Shown: positions 20,552-30,563 of the stretch, in pieces
Numbering within the stretch: position 1 is the first letter of the stretch
Layout: the number at the start of each line of letters is the position of its first letter
From: a virus
Taxonomy: Duplodnaviria; Caudoviricetes
IMG/VR virus record: IMGVR_UViG_3300028886_000001
Reading direction: 5' to 3' (one strand)
DNA length: 64,000 nt
Translations under genes and position numbers: made by a program
Notes under the pieces: generated by a model
What the model saw: the letters and a program-made list of their open reading frames with translations, nothing else
Told to the model about the DNA's origin: nothing
Databases searched by the model: none

Positions 20552-20761
20552 ATGTTATTTACAAAAGAACAAATATTAGCTATAATGAAAAACATGTCAT
20601 CATATGGTGACATGAATACAAGTGTTATAGTAACACTTTTATCTCAGATGACAGCAAGAGATATGGCACATGTTGTATACAAGTGTTATATCGAAAACGG
20701 ACAGTTAAAAGATATTACTGATACAATAAAATCAGTAATGGAAGAAATAAAAGACGAATAG
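20552..20761 (+). CDS. Small early hypothetical protein
   Basis: Same GGAGGATGATTATTATG translation start as the gene at 1940. Confidence 0.7.
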   Translation: MLFTKEQILAIMKNMSSYGDMNTSVIVTLLSQMTARDMAHVVYKCYIENGQLKDITDTIKSVMEEIKDE

Positions 20762-20790
20762 GATATTTCCTATTCTCTTTTATTTTTTGT

Positions 20791-21738
20791 TTAATACTCA
20801 TTCATACTATTATTATTCAATACTACTAATTGATATGTAGTATCTAAGTCTGTATTTCTTGCTATTTGATTTCTTATATCTATTGTAGTATTCTCTAAGA
20901 ACATAGCGTCTGGTTTATCTACATTAGGAATACTTTCTCCTGTAGTAGTATCTATTACATCAAACCATCTATTTCCTGTACTAGCATCATATACTACTAC
21001 TGTTTTTACATTAGGATTGGACTCTAATCTCATCATATTTTGAGATGGATTTAAAGGTTCTTGTATATCATTTCCTATACCTACTGGAAGCATATTTATA
21101 CTACCAGATTGAAGAGTCATATCTTGTGTGTTAAAACCTAAAGGATTTCCTCCTCCACCAATAGGAGTATTAATAAATGCTTGATACATATCCATAATTT
21201 TCTTATCTTCATCTTGAGATGTAGCAGCTGACATTCTAAGATCCTTTAATCTCTTCATTTCTAAATTATGACAATCTGTCATAACTTTATTCATTTCTCT
21301 TATGGCTGATACTTTTGTACTAATAAGAGTACTAGCTGTAGAAGATATCTCTGATATATAATCATACTTCTTTTTTAATGTCTTAGATGATCTTATAGTA
21401 GTTAAATCTGTTTGTAAATCATTTTGCATCATATCTATTTGATTCACAGATCCCTTAAGCATATTATTAGTTTCAGCATAAGTATCTAAATATGGCTTAT
21501 TAGATTCAGCCATAGATAATTCTCTATCTGACTTTTCTACTTCTAAGAAATCATTCGCATTATCTAATTTCTTCTTTCTTGGTCTACCTCTTTTTTTCTT
21601 TTCTTCTATTGGTCCTGCAGTACTTACAACACCAACATCTTCATTCTGTAAAGACTTTGCATGTTTTAAAAAACCACCAGAGTTTCCTAGAGTAACTTCA
21701 GGTTCTGGAGATTCTTCTCTGTTAAATACTTTTTTCAT
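20791..21738 (-). CDS. Hypothetical protein with AT-hook-like motif and coiled coil
   Basis: KKKRGRPRKKK near the N-terminus. SD GGGAGG and late-type promoter at 21763-21774. Confidence 0.7.
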   Translation of the reverse strand: MKKVFNREESPEPEVTLGNSGGFLKHAKSLQNEDVGVVSTAGPIEEKKKRGRPRKKKLDNANDFLEVEKSDRELSMAESNKPYLDTYAETNNMLKGSVNQIDMMQNDLQTDLTTIRSSKTLKKKYDYISEISSTASTLISTKVSAIREMNKVMTDCHNLEMKRLKDLRMSAATSQDEDKKIMDMYQAFINTPIGGGGNPLGFNTQDMTLQSGSINMLPVGIGNDIQEPLNPSQNMMRLESNPNVKTVVVYDASTGNRWFDVIDTTTGESIPNVDKPDAMFLENTTIDIRNQIARNTDLDTTYQLVVLNNNSMNEY

Positions 21739-21941
21739 ATTATAACCTCCCTTAATATAGTATAATAGTATGTTGTACTATTAAAATTTTCTAAATTAGT
21801 TTTTAATTATATATTATTTAATAGAATGATGAATATAAATTATAAACCATATTACGAAGGAGTGATAAGAAAAAATGAATAAAAAGAAATTAGATAAGAT
21901 TAAAGCTAGAAAAAATAATAAGAATATATAAGAAAGGAGAA

Positions 21942-22466
21942 ATGGTAATGAGGTATTTGGCAAATGCATTCTCACTTCAAATGCTAAGTAGTAATAAAAT
22001 GTCAGATATACGAATTAAGAAGATTACAAAGGAAAGAGCGATAAATATACTAAAATCAAAAAGAAGTCGTGTAGATGATAAATTGCATATTGTATTTGAT
22101 GGTAGTACAGTTAAATCAACAATAGGACACGAAGAGTTAACAAAGTTTTTGACATGTGAATTAGGTACAGAAGTGCCTTACAACAGAGTAGGTCTTAATT
22201 TAAGACCAGAAGATAGTATAGTAGTAGCACAAATAACAGGTGGTAGAGTAAATGAAGATACAGGAATATCATTCGATACCATAGCATATTTCTTAGTAGA
22301 AATGAAAGCAGATTGGCATGCATATTTCTATAAGGATAATAAGTTAGTATTATGCGAAGATTTTAAGAGTATGACAAAAACAGATGCTTATAAGAAATTG
22401 AATAGCTATCTATTAAATAGTAAGATAAAGAACTATGATGATTTAGACTTTACTTATACTATTTAA
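21942..22466 (+). CDS. acrIII-1: AcrIII-1 / DUF1874 (STIV B116-like) ring nuclease with C-terminal extension
   Basis: YLANAFSLQML, STIGH (catalytic His), NR and R..E motifs in the same order as in SIRV1 gp29. Confidence 0.8.
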   Translation: MVMRYLANAFSLQMLSSNKMSDIRIKKITKERAINILKSKRSRVDDKLHIVFDGSTVKSTIGHEELTKFLTCELGTEVPYNRVGLNLRPEDSIVVAQITGGRVNEDTGISFDTIAYFLVEMKADWHAYFYKDNKLVLCEDFKSMTKTDAYKKLNSYLLNSKIKNYDDLDFTYTI

Positions 22467-22516
22467 CTACAGCTATAACAAAATAATGTAAATAAATATT
22501 TAGGAGGCTTTAAACA

Positions 22517-23200
22517 ATGAGTGAAGAATTTAATAATCAAGAAGAAGAATTAATAAAAGAAAGTATTAAAGAAGAAGGACAAGAGGAAATTTCTATATAT
22601 GAAGAAGTACCTGATGATGTAGAAGTTAAAGAAGAAGACAGATTAAAGTGTGAATACGCTGATAACTTGGGATTAGAAGTATATAATATAAAGGAATATC
22701 CACATGAAATTCCTGGAACAGATAAAATATCTACATTATGGGCTAGAAGTAAAGATATAGATGATAATAAATTTATAGCATTTTCTGGTATAAATTGTGA
22801 GCTTTCAATGAAAGTAGCTTTTGTTAATGCTTTAAGTGAAGATCATAAAGATATATCAGGATGTGTAATAGTAGAAGTATTTAGAAATGGCGATCTATTA
22901 TATAGACAACAAGATGCTAATCTAAATTTGTTAGCTATGTCTAGTCAAATCTTTGATAAGATAGCTAGTTCACCATTAAACTTTGCTGATGATGATTATG
23001 CTAAGAATATAAAATATAGAAAAGTATATTTTATGAATCAACCTGGAACTATAGTAGCATTTAATAATGATAATTATAATTTAGAACTAACTATAATTCC
23101 AGATAATGCAGAAAGATTTAGTATATATGGAAGAGAATTTGAAGATAAAGAAATTAAGATTTCTGCATTAGATGATAGATTACACATAGTAGAAAAGTAA
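22517..23200 (+). CDS. Hypothetical protein with acidic N-terminus
   Basis: SD AGGAGG and AACA-N6-TG at 22477. Confidence 0.65.
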   Translation: MSEEFNNQEEELIKESIKEEGQEEISIYEEVPDDVEVKEEDRLKCEYADNLGLEVYNIKEYPHEIPGTDKISTLWARSKDIDDNKFIAFSGINCELSMKVAFVNALSEDHKDISGCVIVEVFRNGDLLYRQQDANLNLLAMSSQIFDKIASSPLNFADDDYAKNIKYRKVYFMNQPGTIVAFNNDNYNLELTIIPDNAERFSIYGREFEDKEIKISALDDRLHIVEK

Positions 23201-23262
23201 TATATATAGAGTATGATAGAAATATCATACTCTTAATTTTTTATAAAAGGAGATAAATAATA

Positions 23263-23622
23263 ATGAGTGATATAAACCTAGAGAATAAGTATTTTAAGGA
23301 TATAAAGAAACTAAAAGATATTGCAGATGAAACTAAAGAAATGACTCAATCTAATATAGATGATATCAATACTCGTATGAATAATATGACAAATCTATTA
23401 GCACATATGCATACAGATATGGAAGATTTTAAATGTAGATATGAGAATACTGATATAAAGATAGATAGTGTTAAGAATATATATTTTAAGAATAAAGTAT
23501 CAGTAGATAGAAATATGCGTAGATTGAAAGATCAATGCAGACAATATAGAATAGTATTAATAATAGATACTATACTTATATTTGGATTATTAACAGCCTT
23601 ATTAGCAATGAAAGGGATGTAA
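23263..23622 (+). CDS. Coiled-coil protein with C-terminal transmembrane helix
   Basis: IVLIIDTILIFGLLTALLAM at the C-terminus. Confidence 0.6.
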   Translation: MSDINLENKYFKDIKKLKDIADETKEMTQSNIDDINTRMNNMTNLLAHMHTDMEDFKCRYENTDIKIDSVKNIYFKNKVSVDRNMRRLKDQCRQYRIVLIIDTILIFGLLTALLAMKGM

Positions 23623-23628
23623 TTATAT

Positions 23629-23955
23629 ATGTGTGATATTAAATATTATAGTGAGATAACTGATATATGCGATAAATATCTTAATGATAAAGCAAAAAGT
23701 ATAAGTAAGAGTCTAGACCTAAATCTAGCAAATTACATAATGTATTGGGGTACTTATAATGGAATAACAGAATGGGTTATAAGATTCCCTGGAGCTACTA
23801 GAGGTAAAATAGTAGTAGATAAAAATGATATTATAAAAGAGATATGTATATATGATGATATATATGATACAAATGACATATATGAAGAAGGACTAGATGA
23901 TGAGTTACAAAAGTTTATTGGGACTAAATTGAAACTTAAAGTTAAAGAAGAGTAA
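23629..23955 (+). CDS. Hypothetical protein
   Basis: 108-aa ORF. Confidence 0.55.
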   Translation: MCDIKYYSEITDICDKYLNDKAKSISKSLDLNLANYIMYWGTYNGITEWVIRFPGATRGKIVVDKNDIIKEICIYDDIYDTNDIYEEGLDDELQKFIGTKLKLKVKEE

Positions 23956-24051
23956 TAATTGTGCTCTTCTTTATTTTTTATGTCTCCAACAACATTTATA
24001 TAGATATCTAATCATATGATATTACATTAAATTAAGAAAGGAGCACACAAA

Positions 24052-26007
24052 ATGTTAAAAAGATTTCCAATAGGTTCAGATGTAACTTTAATGAATACAT
24101 TATACACATATCCAAAAAGAGATGATGAAACTGGTAAATGGGACAAAGGTTCTATGACACTTATATATAAAGATAATACTACTGGTAAGAAATATACAGA
24201 ATGTATAGAAGATCCAGATTATGAATTTTATATACAAGATACTAAATATCTAGAAAATAATGAATTCTTCTATGATAAGAAAGACTTGAAGATGATAAAG
24301 ACACCATTTAGAGAATTAGAAAAGACTATAGCTAAATTAACTAATAATGAAAATTTCTATAATAATAATGTAAAGAGTGGACAAAGAAGAGATAATAAGA
24401 AACTACATCTAGTGCACTCAGTATTTAATTCAGATATGAATATAGAAGATCATTATAGATTTAGATTTGATAAATTATATGAGAATGAAATAACTCCTAT
24501 ATCTAAATTCTATTTCGATATAGAAGCAGATACTATAAATATGGTTGGAGACTTTCCAGAACCAGGAGAGTGTCCAGTAAATGCAGTATCTACTATAGAT
24601 GATAGTACTAAGACTATTAAAGTATTCTTATTAAGAAATAAGAATAATCCATTGATAAATCAATTTGAGAAAGACATACAGACTGAAGAAATGTATAATG
24701 AACTAATAGAGTTTATTAAATATGCTGTTGGTGGATACAAACAATTTATCCGATTCGGATTAGATAAATTTCATGTAGAGTTTAAATTCTATGATGAAGA
24801 ATTAGAAATAGAACTTCTATATGATTTATTCTATTATATCAATACAATACAACCAGATTTTGCATTAGCATGGAATATGGCATTCGATATTCCATATCTT
24901 ATGGCAAGAATAGAAAACCTTGGAGGAGATCCAAAAGAATTCTTATGTCATCCAGACTTTGAAAATAAGATGTGTGAATATTATATAGATGAAAGGCATA
25001 AGAATGAATTTGCTGAAAGAGGGGATAGAGCTTATATATCATCATATACAGTATATCTTGATCAAATGATACACTTTGCATCAAGAAGAAAAGGTCAATC
25101 AGCATTTCAATCATTTGGATTAGATTACATAGGAGAAACAGTAACGCATGTAAGAAAGCTAGACTATTCTCATATTACTACTCAATTAGCTAAATTACCA
25201 TATTTAGATTATAAGACATTCGTATTCTATAATATAATGGATACTATAGTACAAAAATGTATAGAAGTTAAGACTGGTGATATAGACTATGTATTTAGTA
25301 AATGTATGGTTAATAATACTAGATATGATAAATGTCATAGGCAAACAGTATACTTAGTTAATAGAGCTACTAAAGAATTTAATAAGTCTGGTTTAGTTAT
25401 AGGTAATAATACTAATAAATTTAATGATAAGCCTACAGAAAAATTCCCTGGAGCTTTTGTAGCAGATCCTAGAAAGTTAAAAGATAATGCTAAGATGAGT
25501 ATTAATGGAGTAAAAGTTAATCTATTAAATAATCTAGACGATTATGATTATAAATCACTTTATCCTAGTATAATGAGAGAATTTAATACTGCTCCTAATA
25601 CTCAAATAGGTAGAGTGTATATAGATCAAAAAGTATATGATAAAGAAAATCCTTTTGATAATCCATACTATGTGAGAGGTGGAGCATTCTTAGAAGATTT
25701 ACAATGCGGGGTATATTTAGAATTCTGTAAGAGATGGTTACACTTAGCAGGATATGGAGATCTATATAAAGATGTATTAGATTATGCAAATAATATTAAA
25801 CCTTCAATGAAGATGCCTAGAAACTTTACTAGAGATGGAAAGATTAAGGTATTAAGATATCTTCCTAAAGGAAGTAAGAAGAAAGTAATGTCTAAACTTA
25901 GAGAGGGTGAAAAGATTAAAGTATGGCATTATTATAAGAAACCAGAGAACTTTGACATTATACTAAATACAATACCAAGAACAGGAGTTGTTTTCAATGA
26001 TTATTAA
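24052..26007 (+). CDS. Split family B DNA polymerase, N-terminal subunit (3'-5' exonuclease plus motif A)
   Basis: ExoI FDIEA, ExoII AWNMAFDIPY, ExoIII YNIMD, FPGAFV, motif A DYKSLYPSIM. Confidence 0.9.
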   Translation: MLKRFPIGSDVTLMNTLYTYPKRDDETGKWDKGSMTLIYKDNTTGKKYTECIEDPDYEFYIQDTKYLENNEFFYDKKDLKMIKTPFRELEKTIAKLTNNENFYNNNVKSGQRRDNKKLHLVHSVFNSDMNIEDHYRFRFDKLYENEITPISKFYFDIEADTINMVGDFPEPGECPVNAVSTIDDSTKTIKVFLLRNKNNPLINQFEKDIQTEEMYNELIEFIKYAVGGYKQFIRFGLDKFHVEFKFYDEELEIELLYDLFYYINTIQPDFALAWNMAFDIPYLMARIENLGGDPKEFLCHPDFENKMCEYYIDERHKNEFAERGDRAYISSYTVYLDQMIHFASRRKGQSAFQSFGLDYIGETVTHVRKLDYSHITTQLAKLPYLDYKTFVFYNIMDTIVQKCIEVKTGDIDYVFSKCMVNNTRYDKCHRQTVYLVNRATKEFNKSGLVIGNNTNKFNDKPTEKFPGAFVADPRKLKDNAKMSINGVKVNLLNNLDDYDYKSLYPSIMREFNTAPNTQIGRVYIDQKVYDKENPFDNPYYVRGGAFLEDLQCGVYLEFCKRWLHLAGYGDLYKDVLDYANNIKPSMKMPRNFTRDGKIKVLRYLPKGSKKKVMSKLREGEKIKVWHYYKKPENFDIILNTIPRTGVVFNDY

Positions 26008-26596
26008 TAAAGAAGAGTTATTATATCTACAAGACTCTGCAAAGATATTAAAGGCTAATTATATAATGGTAGATAATAATTGTATATATGGTTCAGACGA
26101 TGGACTCATATTCTTAAGAAGAATAATTATAGAGAATACTACTAATATAAGTCTATTATGCATATCATATAAAGACTTTGTTGCTTTTATAAAAGAAATA
26201 GATATAGGAGATACTATAACATTAGATGATAATGTACTATATTCTAACTCTAATAACTATGTATACTGTAATAATATAGATAAGATATATAGATTTAGAG
26301 AGATGATGAACTCTGTAAATGAGTCTATATTTAACTGTATATGTCATGAAGATAATTTAAAAGAGATCGATAGATTTAATGATATTTTAGCACAGAAGAG
26401 TGCAGATGGAATGACTATATTAAATATAGCAAATAATCTATTATCTATATATAGTAATATGCTTCCAGTAGTAAAATCTGATACTGTAGAATTAAACGTA
26501 TATAACTATAGGGTAGGTACAATATTAGTCCATTTTATTATTCATAAGAAAAAAAATATAAATGTGGACATATATATTCCATATAAAATATTATAA
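25988..26596 (+). CDS. Hypothetical protein coupled to DNA polymerase (possible accessory factor)
   Basis: Overlaps the polymerase stop. About 200 aa with a mixed alpha/beta pattern. Confidence 0.55.
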   Translation: MFSMIINKEELLYLQDSAKILKANYIMVDNNCIYGSDDGLIFLRRIIIENTTNISLLCISYKDFVAFIKEIDIGDTITLDDNVLYSNSNNYVYCNNIDKIYRFREMMNSVNESIFNCICHEDNLKEIDRFNDILAQKSADGMTILNIANNLLSIYSNMLPVVKSDTVELNVYNYRVGTILVHFIIHKKKNINVDIYIPYKIL

Positions 26597-26631
26597 TTTA
26601 ATTCTTTCGATTCCAAAATGTATAAGGCTGA

Positions 26632-27243
26632 TTGAGAAGTAGGCAAATGCTTACTTCTCAACTTCCTTGTCAAAAATTAATATTTGTAAGAATAGGTGGG
26701 ATAATATTGCTTAGTGAAAAAGATGTTATAGATTTATATAATGTAGGGATAACAAGAAAAGTAATGTCAAGTATATTGGGTATAAGTATAGAAGTAGCTA
26801 ATTATAGAGTAAAGAAAGCTATACAATATAAGCATCTTACTATAAAAAGACGTAGATATACTTATAATACAGAAAGAGAACTACTATTAGCTATGAAGGA
26901 TAGAAATATTAAACCTTCAGATAGTTTATTATTAAATATAAGAAGATACTATTCAACAATAGATGAACCTTATGGAGAACAATATGTAGCTATAATAAAT
27001 ATGTATGAGAAACATTATTCTAAGAGACAGATAATGAAAATAACAAAATATAATTATAAAACTGTATGTTGTGCTATAAGTCATTATATGTTATCAGAAA
27101 TTAAGAATGAAGAATTTCAATATAAGAAGATGGTTAAGAATGCTAAATACTTATATAATAATGGATATAGTATACAAGCTATAGCAGATTTCTATGGCAA
27201 GAATATAGAATGCATTAATAATATATTAAAGAGTAAGATATAA
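26632..27243 (+). CDS. Multi-HTH DNA-binding protein (start uncertain)
   Basis: Three HTH-like segments: GITRKVMSSILGIS, YSKRQIMKITKYNYKTV, GYSIQAIADFYGKN. Confidence 0.55.
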   Translation: MRSRQMLTSQLPCQKLIFVRIGGIILLSEKDVIDLYNVGITRKVMSSILGISIEVANYRVKKAIQYKHLTIKRRRYTYNTERELLLAMKDRNIKPSDSLLLNIRRYYSTIDEPYGEQYVAIINMYEKHYSKRQIMKITKYNYKTVCCAISHYMLSEIKNEEFQYKKMVKNAKYLYNNGYSIQAIADFYGKNIECINNILKSKI

Positions 27244-27323
27244 TAGTCTTACTCTTTATTTTTTCGCTTAAATACCTAATAGCTAAACATTACATTAATA
27301 CAAAGTTATAGGAGGTTTAAAGT

Positions 27324-29534
27324 ATGAAAGACGATGAACAAAAATTAAATAAAAGACGAACCACTTCGTTTATAGATGCTATAAAAAGTAATATGGGAAA
27401 TCTATATAAGAATACTTATTTCAATACTAATCGAAATAAGAATGATTTAATGCAAATAAAGAATGATATGGATGACACTATAGATAAGATTATATCAAGT
27501 AATATAAATGATACTGGTCAGCCTAATATATCTAATCTATATGCTAGACTAAGAGAAGAGAATAAAGAAAAGAGCATAGATGATATATTTAATGATAAAA
27601 ATAATAACGATGCATTACTAGGCACATTCACTCAAAATAAATCTATAGTAGATTTTGATAATGAAATAGATGCTATATTGAAATATATGCCTATGCTAGA
27701 TGATGCATTAGATGCTAAGAAGGATAATGTATTATCTGCTGACCATTTCTCTAAAGACTTTATTAATGTAGTAAATGATTCAGATATAAGAAATAGTGAG
27801 ACATTCATAGATAGAGCAGACTTTATTAAGAAGAAATATGACTTAATAAATAGATTTGATGAAATGTATGATGATACTGCTAAGTATGGTGAATACTTCT
27901 TATATATAAAACCATATAAAGAGGCTTTAGCCCAATTATTACAGAATAAGAATATGGGTAATATAACTATAGCAGAATCAGCAATAGATCAATTAGATGA
28001 TAACTATGGTATTATAACTGAATCTGTAAGTGATCTACCTAGTAAAGATTATGCTGTTAATAATCCAAGTTATAAAGAAACTAAATTAGAATTAAAGCTT
28101 AATACGACTGGTGTATTAATAGAATCTGTAAAAGAGATGAGAAATGCTAATAGGATTATAAAAGAGAATAAAGATAGACTAGAAAAGTTAAAAACAGACA
28201 AGACTACTATTAAAACAGATGATGTTTCTTTTGAAGGACTAGATGATAGTAGTAATGATGGATTTGTTAATACTGATAAGTTTACCGATCTAAAAGCACC
28301 TAAAATCGAGATTCCAGGATGCATAATGAAGAAAATACCAAGAGAAAATGTTATTCCTATATATATAGACGAAATATGTCTAGGATATTATATAATAGAA
28401 TATAATTATCAAGATATATTTAATGAGAAGACTATCAATGGAACTACAATATTCTCTAATGTATCTAATAAACTTACAAATCAACTTAATGAAGACAATA
28501 CAAGAGATAATCTTCTTAAAGGAATGGCTAAGAAAATATCTGACTTAATAGATGATAAGTTTATAAATGCTAATCAGGATTTAAGAGAAGAGATATATGC
28601 ATTATTAAAGTATAATGATACATATAATAACTCTATAAATGCACAAATGAAAGTATCATTTGTTCCTCCTTCAGATATGATTCATATGAATTTTAAATTA
28701 GACCATAATACTCATAGAGGTATATCTGATTTAGATAAATCATTATTACCAGCTAAGTTGTATACTTCAATATATATAACTAACTGGATAGGAATATTAA
28801 CTAGAAGTCAAGATAAAAGAGTATATTATGTAAAACAAACTGTAGATACTAATATATCTCAAGTATTACTTAATACTATAAATCAAATAAAGAAAGGTAA
28901 CTTTAATGCTAGAGAAATACCTAGTGTAAAGAATCTTTTAAATGTAGTAGGTAAGTATCAAGACTATATAATTCCAGTAGGACAGAGTGGAGATTCACCA
29001 ATACAAATGGAAGTTATGCAAGGACAAGATATAAACTTACAGACAGATATGCTTGATTTATTAGAACAAGCAGCTGTAAATGGAACAGATGTACCATATG
29101 AATATGTACAATCTAGAAAGAATGTAGACTATGCAGTAAGACTTACTATGTCTAGTGGTAAATTCTTAAGAAAAGTATTTAAGAGACAAGCACAATGTGA
29201 AGATTTCTTTAGTAGAATATTTACTATACTTTATAATTGTGAGTATGAAGAAACCTCTACAATGCAAGTTCAACTTCCACCACCAGCATTCTTAAATCTA
29301 TTAAGTACAAATAGTGTTATACAACAAACTAGCGAAACCGTTGATGCTATAGTAAATATGGAGTTAGCAGACGAACAAGATGAAATGATTAGAGCTATAG
29401 CTACAAGACAATTAAAGAGACATTATTTACAAGGATATTTAGATTTAAGAAATATATCTAATATAATACATGAAGCTAGAATGGAAGCACAAGAAAGTAA
29501 AGAAAAAGTTAAAGCATCTCAAGAACAACAATAA
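27324..29534 (+). CDS. Portal protein (jumbo-phage type)
   Basis: IDAILKYMPMLDDALDAKKDNVLSAD, KYGEYF, TRSQDKRVYYV and size fit phiKZ/AR9-type portals. Late promoter at 27286. Confidence 0.7.
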   Translation: MKDDEQKLNKRRTTSFIDAIKSNMGNLYKNTYFNTNRNKNDLMQIKNDMDDTIDKIISSNINDTGQPNISNLYARLREENKEKSIDDIFNDKNNNDALLGTFTQNKSIVDFDNEIDAILKYMPMLDDALDAKKDNVLSADHFSKDFINVVNDSDIRNSETFIDRADFIKKKYDLINRFDEMYDDTAKYGEYFLYIKPYKEALAQLLQNKNMGNITIAESAIDQLDDNYGIITESVSDLPSKDYAVNNPSYKETKLELKLNTTGVLIESVKEMRNANRIIKENKDRLEKLKTDKTTIKTDDVSFEGLDDSSNDGFVNTDKFTDLKAPKIEIPGCIMKKIPRENVIPIYIDEICLGYYIIEYNYQDIFNEKTINGTTIFSNVSNKLTNQLNEDNTRDNLLKGMAKKISDLIDDKFINANQDLREEIYALLKYNDTYNNSINAQMKVSFVPPSDMIHMNFKLDHNTHRGISDLDKSLLPAKLYTSIYITNWIGILTRSQDKRVYYVKQTVDTNISQVLLNTINQIKKGNFNAREIPSVKNLLNVVGKYQDYIIPVGQSGDSPIQMEVMQGQDINLQTDMLDLLEQAAVNGTDVPYEYVQSRKNVDYAVRLTMSSGKFLRKVFKRQAQCEDFFSRIFTILYNCEYEETSTMQVQLPPPAFLNLLSTNSVIQQTSETVDAIVNMELADEQDEMIRAIATRQLKRHYLQGYLDLRNISNIIHEARMEAQESKEKVKASQEQQ

Positions 29535-29544
29535 AAGACAAAAA

Positions 29545-29577
29545 AGAAGACTATACCTAAACGGTATAGTCTTTTTA
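29545..29577. terminator. Bidirectional terminator between convergent portal and tail genes
   Basis: A tract, AAGACTATACC-loop-GGTATAGTCTT, T tract. Confidence 0.75.
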
Positions 29578-30546
29578 TTATCTGTTATTTTCAGTACCAA
29601 AATCAAGATCAAGTGTTTCTTGTTGGTTATCCTTTAAGTTAACATCATACTTAGCATTCTTGTCTCCAGAAGATTGTGCTCTTTCGTTTCCAAGATATTG
29701 TGCATCATATGTATTATAGTTTCCACTCTTATCAGTGATTTCAGTAAGCTTAGCATATTTGTAGTTAGAAGAGTTCTTAACGAATCTAACTGCGTTTTGA
29801 GTATCTATCATCCAGTCTAGTATACTCTTTGCTGCTATATCTACTTGGTTATTTCTTACAGGGAAACAGTTTACAGAAACTGTAACTTCCTTAAATTCAA
29901 TTGAACCTTTTTCTCCATTGTAGATGTTTTCTTCAGCTTCTGTTGGTTGTGCTGCTAATAGCATATATGCAGCTTCAAGCTCTCTCATAGTAGGATCAGT
30001 TACAAAGTATAAGAAAGTAAATACTTCGTTTTCAAATCCTGCTGTTGACATAAGTGCATTCTTTGTATCACTCTTATCACCACTAGGATAATAGTCTAAC
30101 ATACCATGATATGTCTTAACTTGAGTCTTAGGATCTCTAATACCAGTAAGATAGAATCTTATAAATCTAGTAATAGGAGAACCTTTCTTTTCTTGGAATC
30201 TCATAGAAACTGTAGCAGCTGATTGCTCAGTAACTTTACCAATTACATTGATAGTAGAGATACCATCATTAATTTCTAGTGTATCAGAAGTTAAGTTATC
30301 TAATCCATCTAGACCTTTAAATTCATGTTCTATTATATGAACGAAGTTATATACTAAAGGTTCATATACAGCAGTATTATGTTTAGCTAATTCTTCTATG
30401 AACTTTGGTATTTGAATTACTTTTAAGAATTGGTATCCAGATTCATACATATTGAATTGTTCTAATTCAGAGAAATCAGTAACACCATACATTAAGTTAT
30501 ATTGCCTTAAATCGTCACATTTTTTTAAGTTAGAAAATAATGCCAT
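29578..30546 (-). CDS. Probable tail tube protein
   Basis: Directly downstream of the sheath gene, 322 aa, beta-rich tube-like pattern. Confidence 0.6.
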   Translation of the reverse strand: MALFSNLKKCDDLRQYNLMYGVTDFSELEQFNMYESGYQFLKVIQIPKFIEELAKHNTAVYEPLVYNFVHIIEHEFKGLDGLDNLTSDTLEINDGISTINVIGKVTEQSAATVSMRFQEKKGSPITRFIRFYLTGIRDPKTQVKTYHGMLDYYPSGDKSDTKNALMSTAGFENEVFTFLYFVTDPTMRELEAAYMLLAAQPTEAEENIYNGEKGSIEFKEVTVSVNCFPVRNNQVDIAAKSILDWMIDTQNAVRFVKNSSNYKYAKLTEITDKSGNYNTYDAQYLGNERAQSSGDKNAKYDVNLKDNQQETLDLDFGTENNR

Positions 30547-30563
30547 TGTATTTCACCTCCATA

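Noticed and set aside
21875-21931. 18-aa basic ORF MNKKKLDKIKARKNNKNI upstream of the ring nuclease
   Set aside because: Too short, SD spacing is long, and an A-rich leader yields such peptides by chance.
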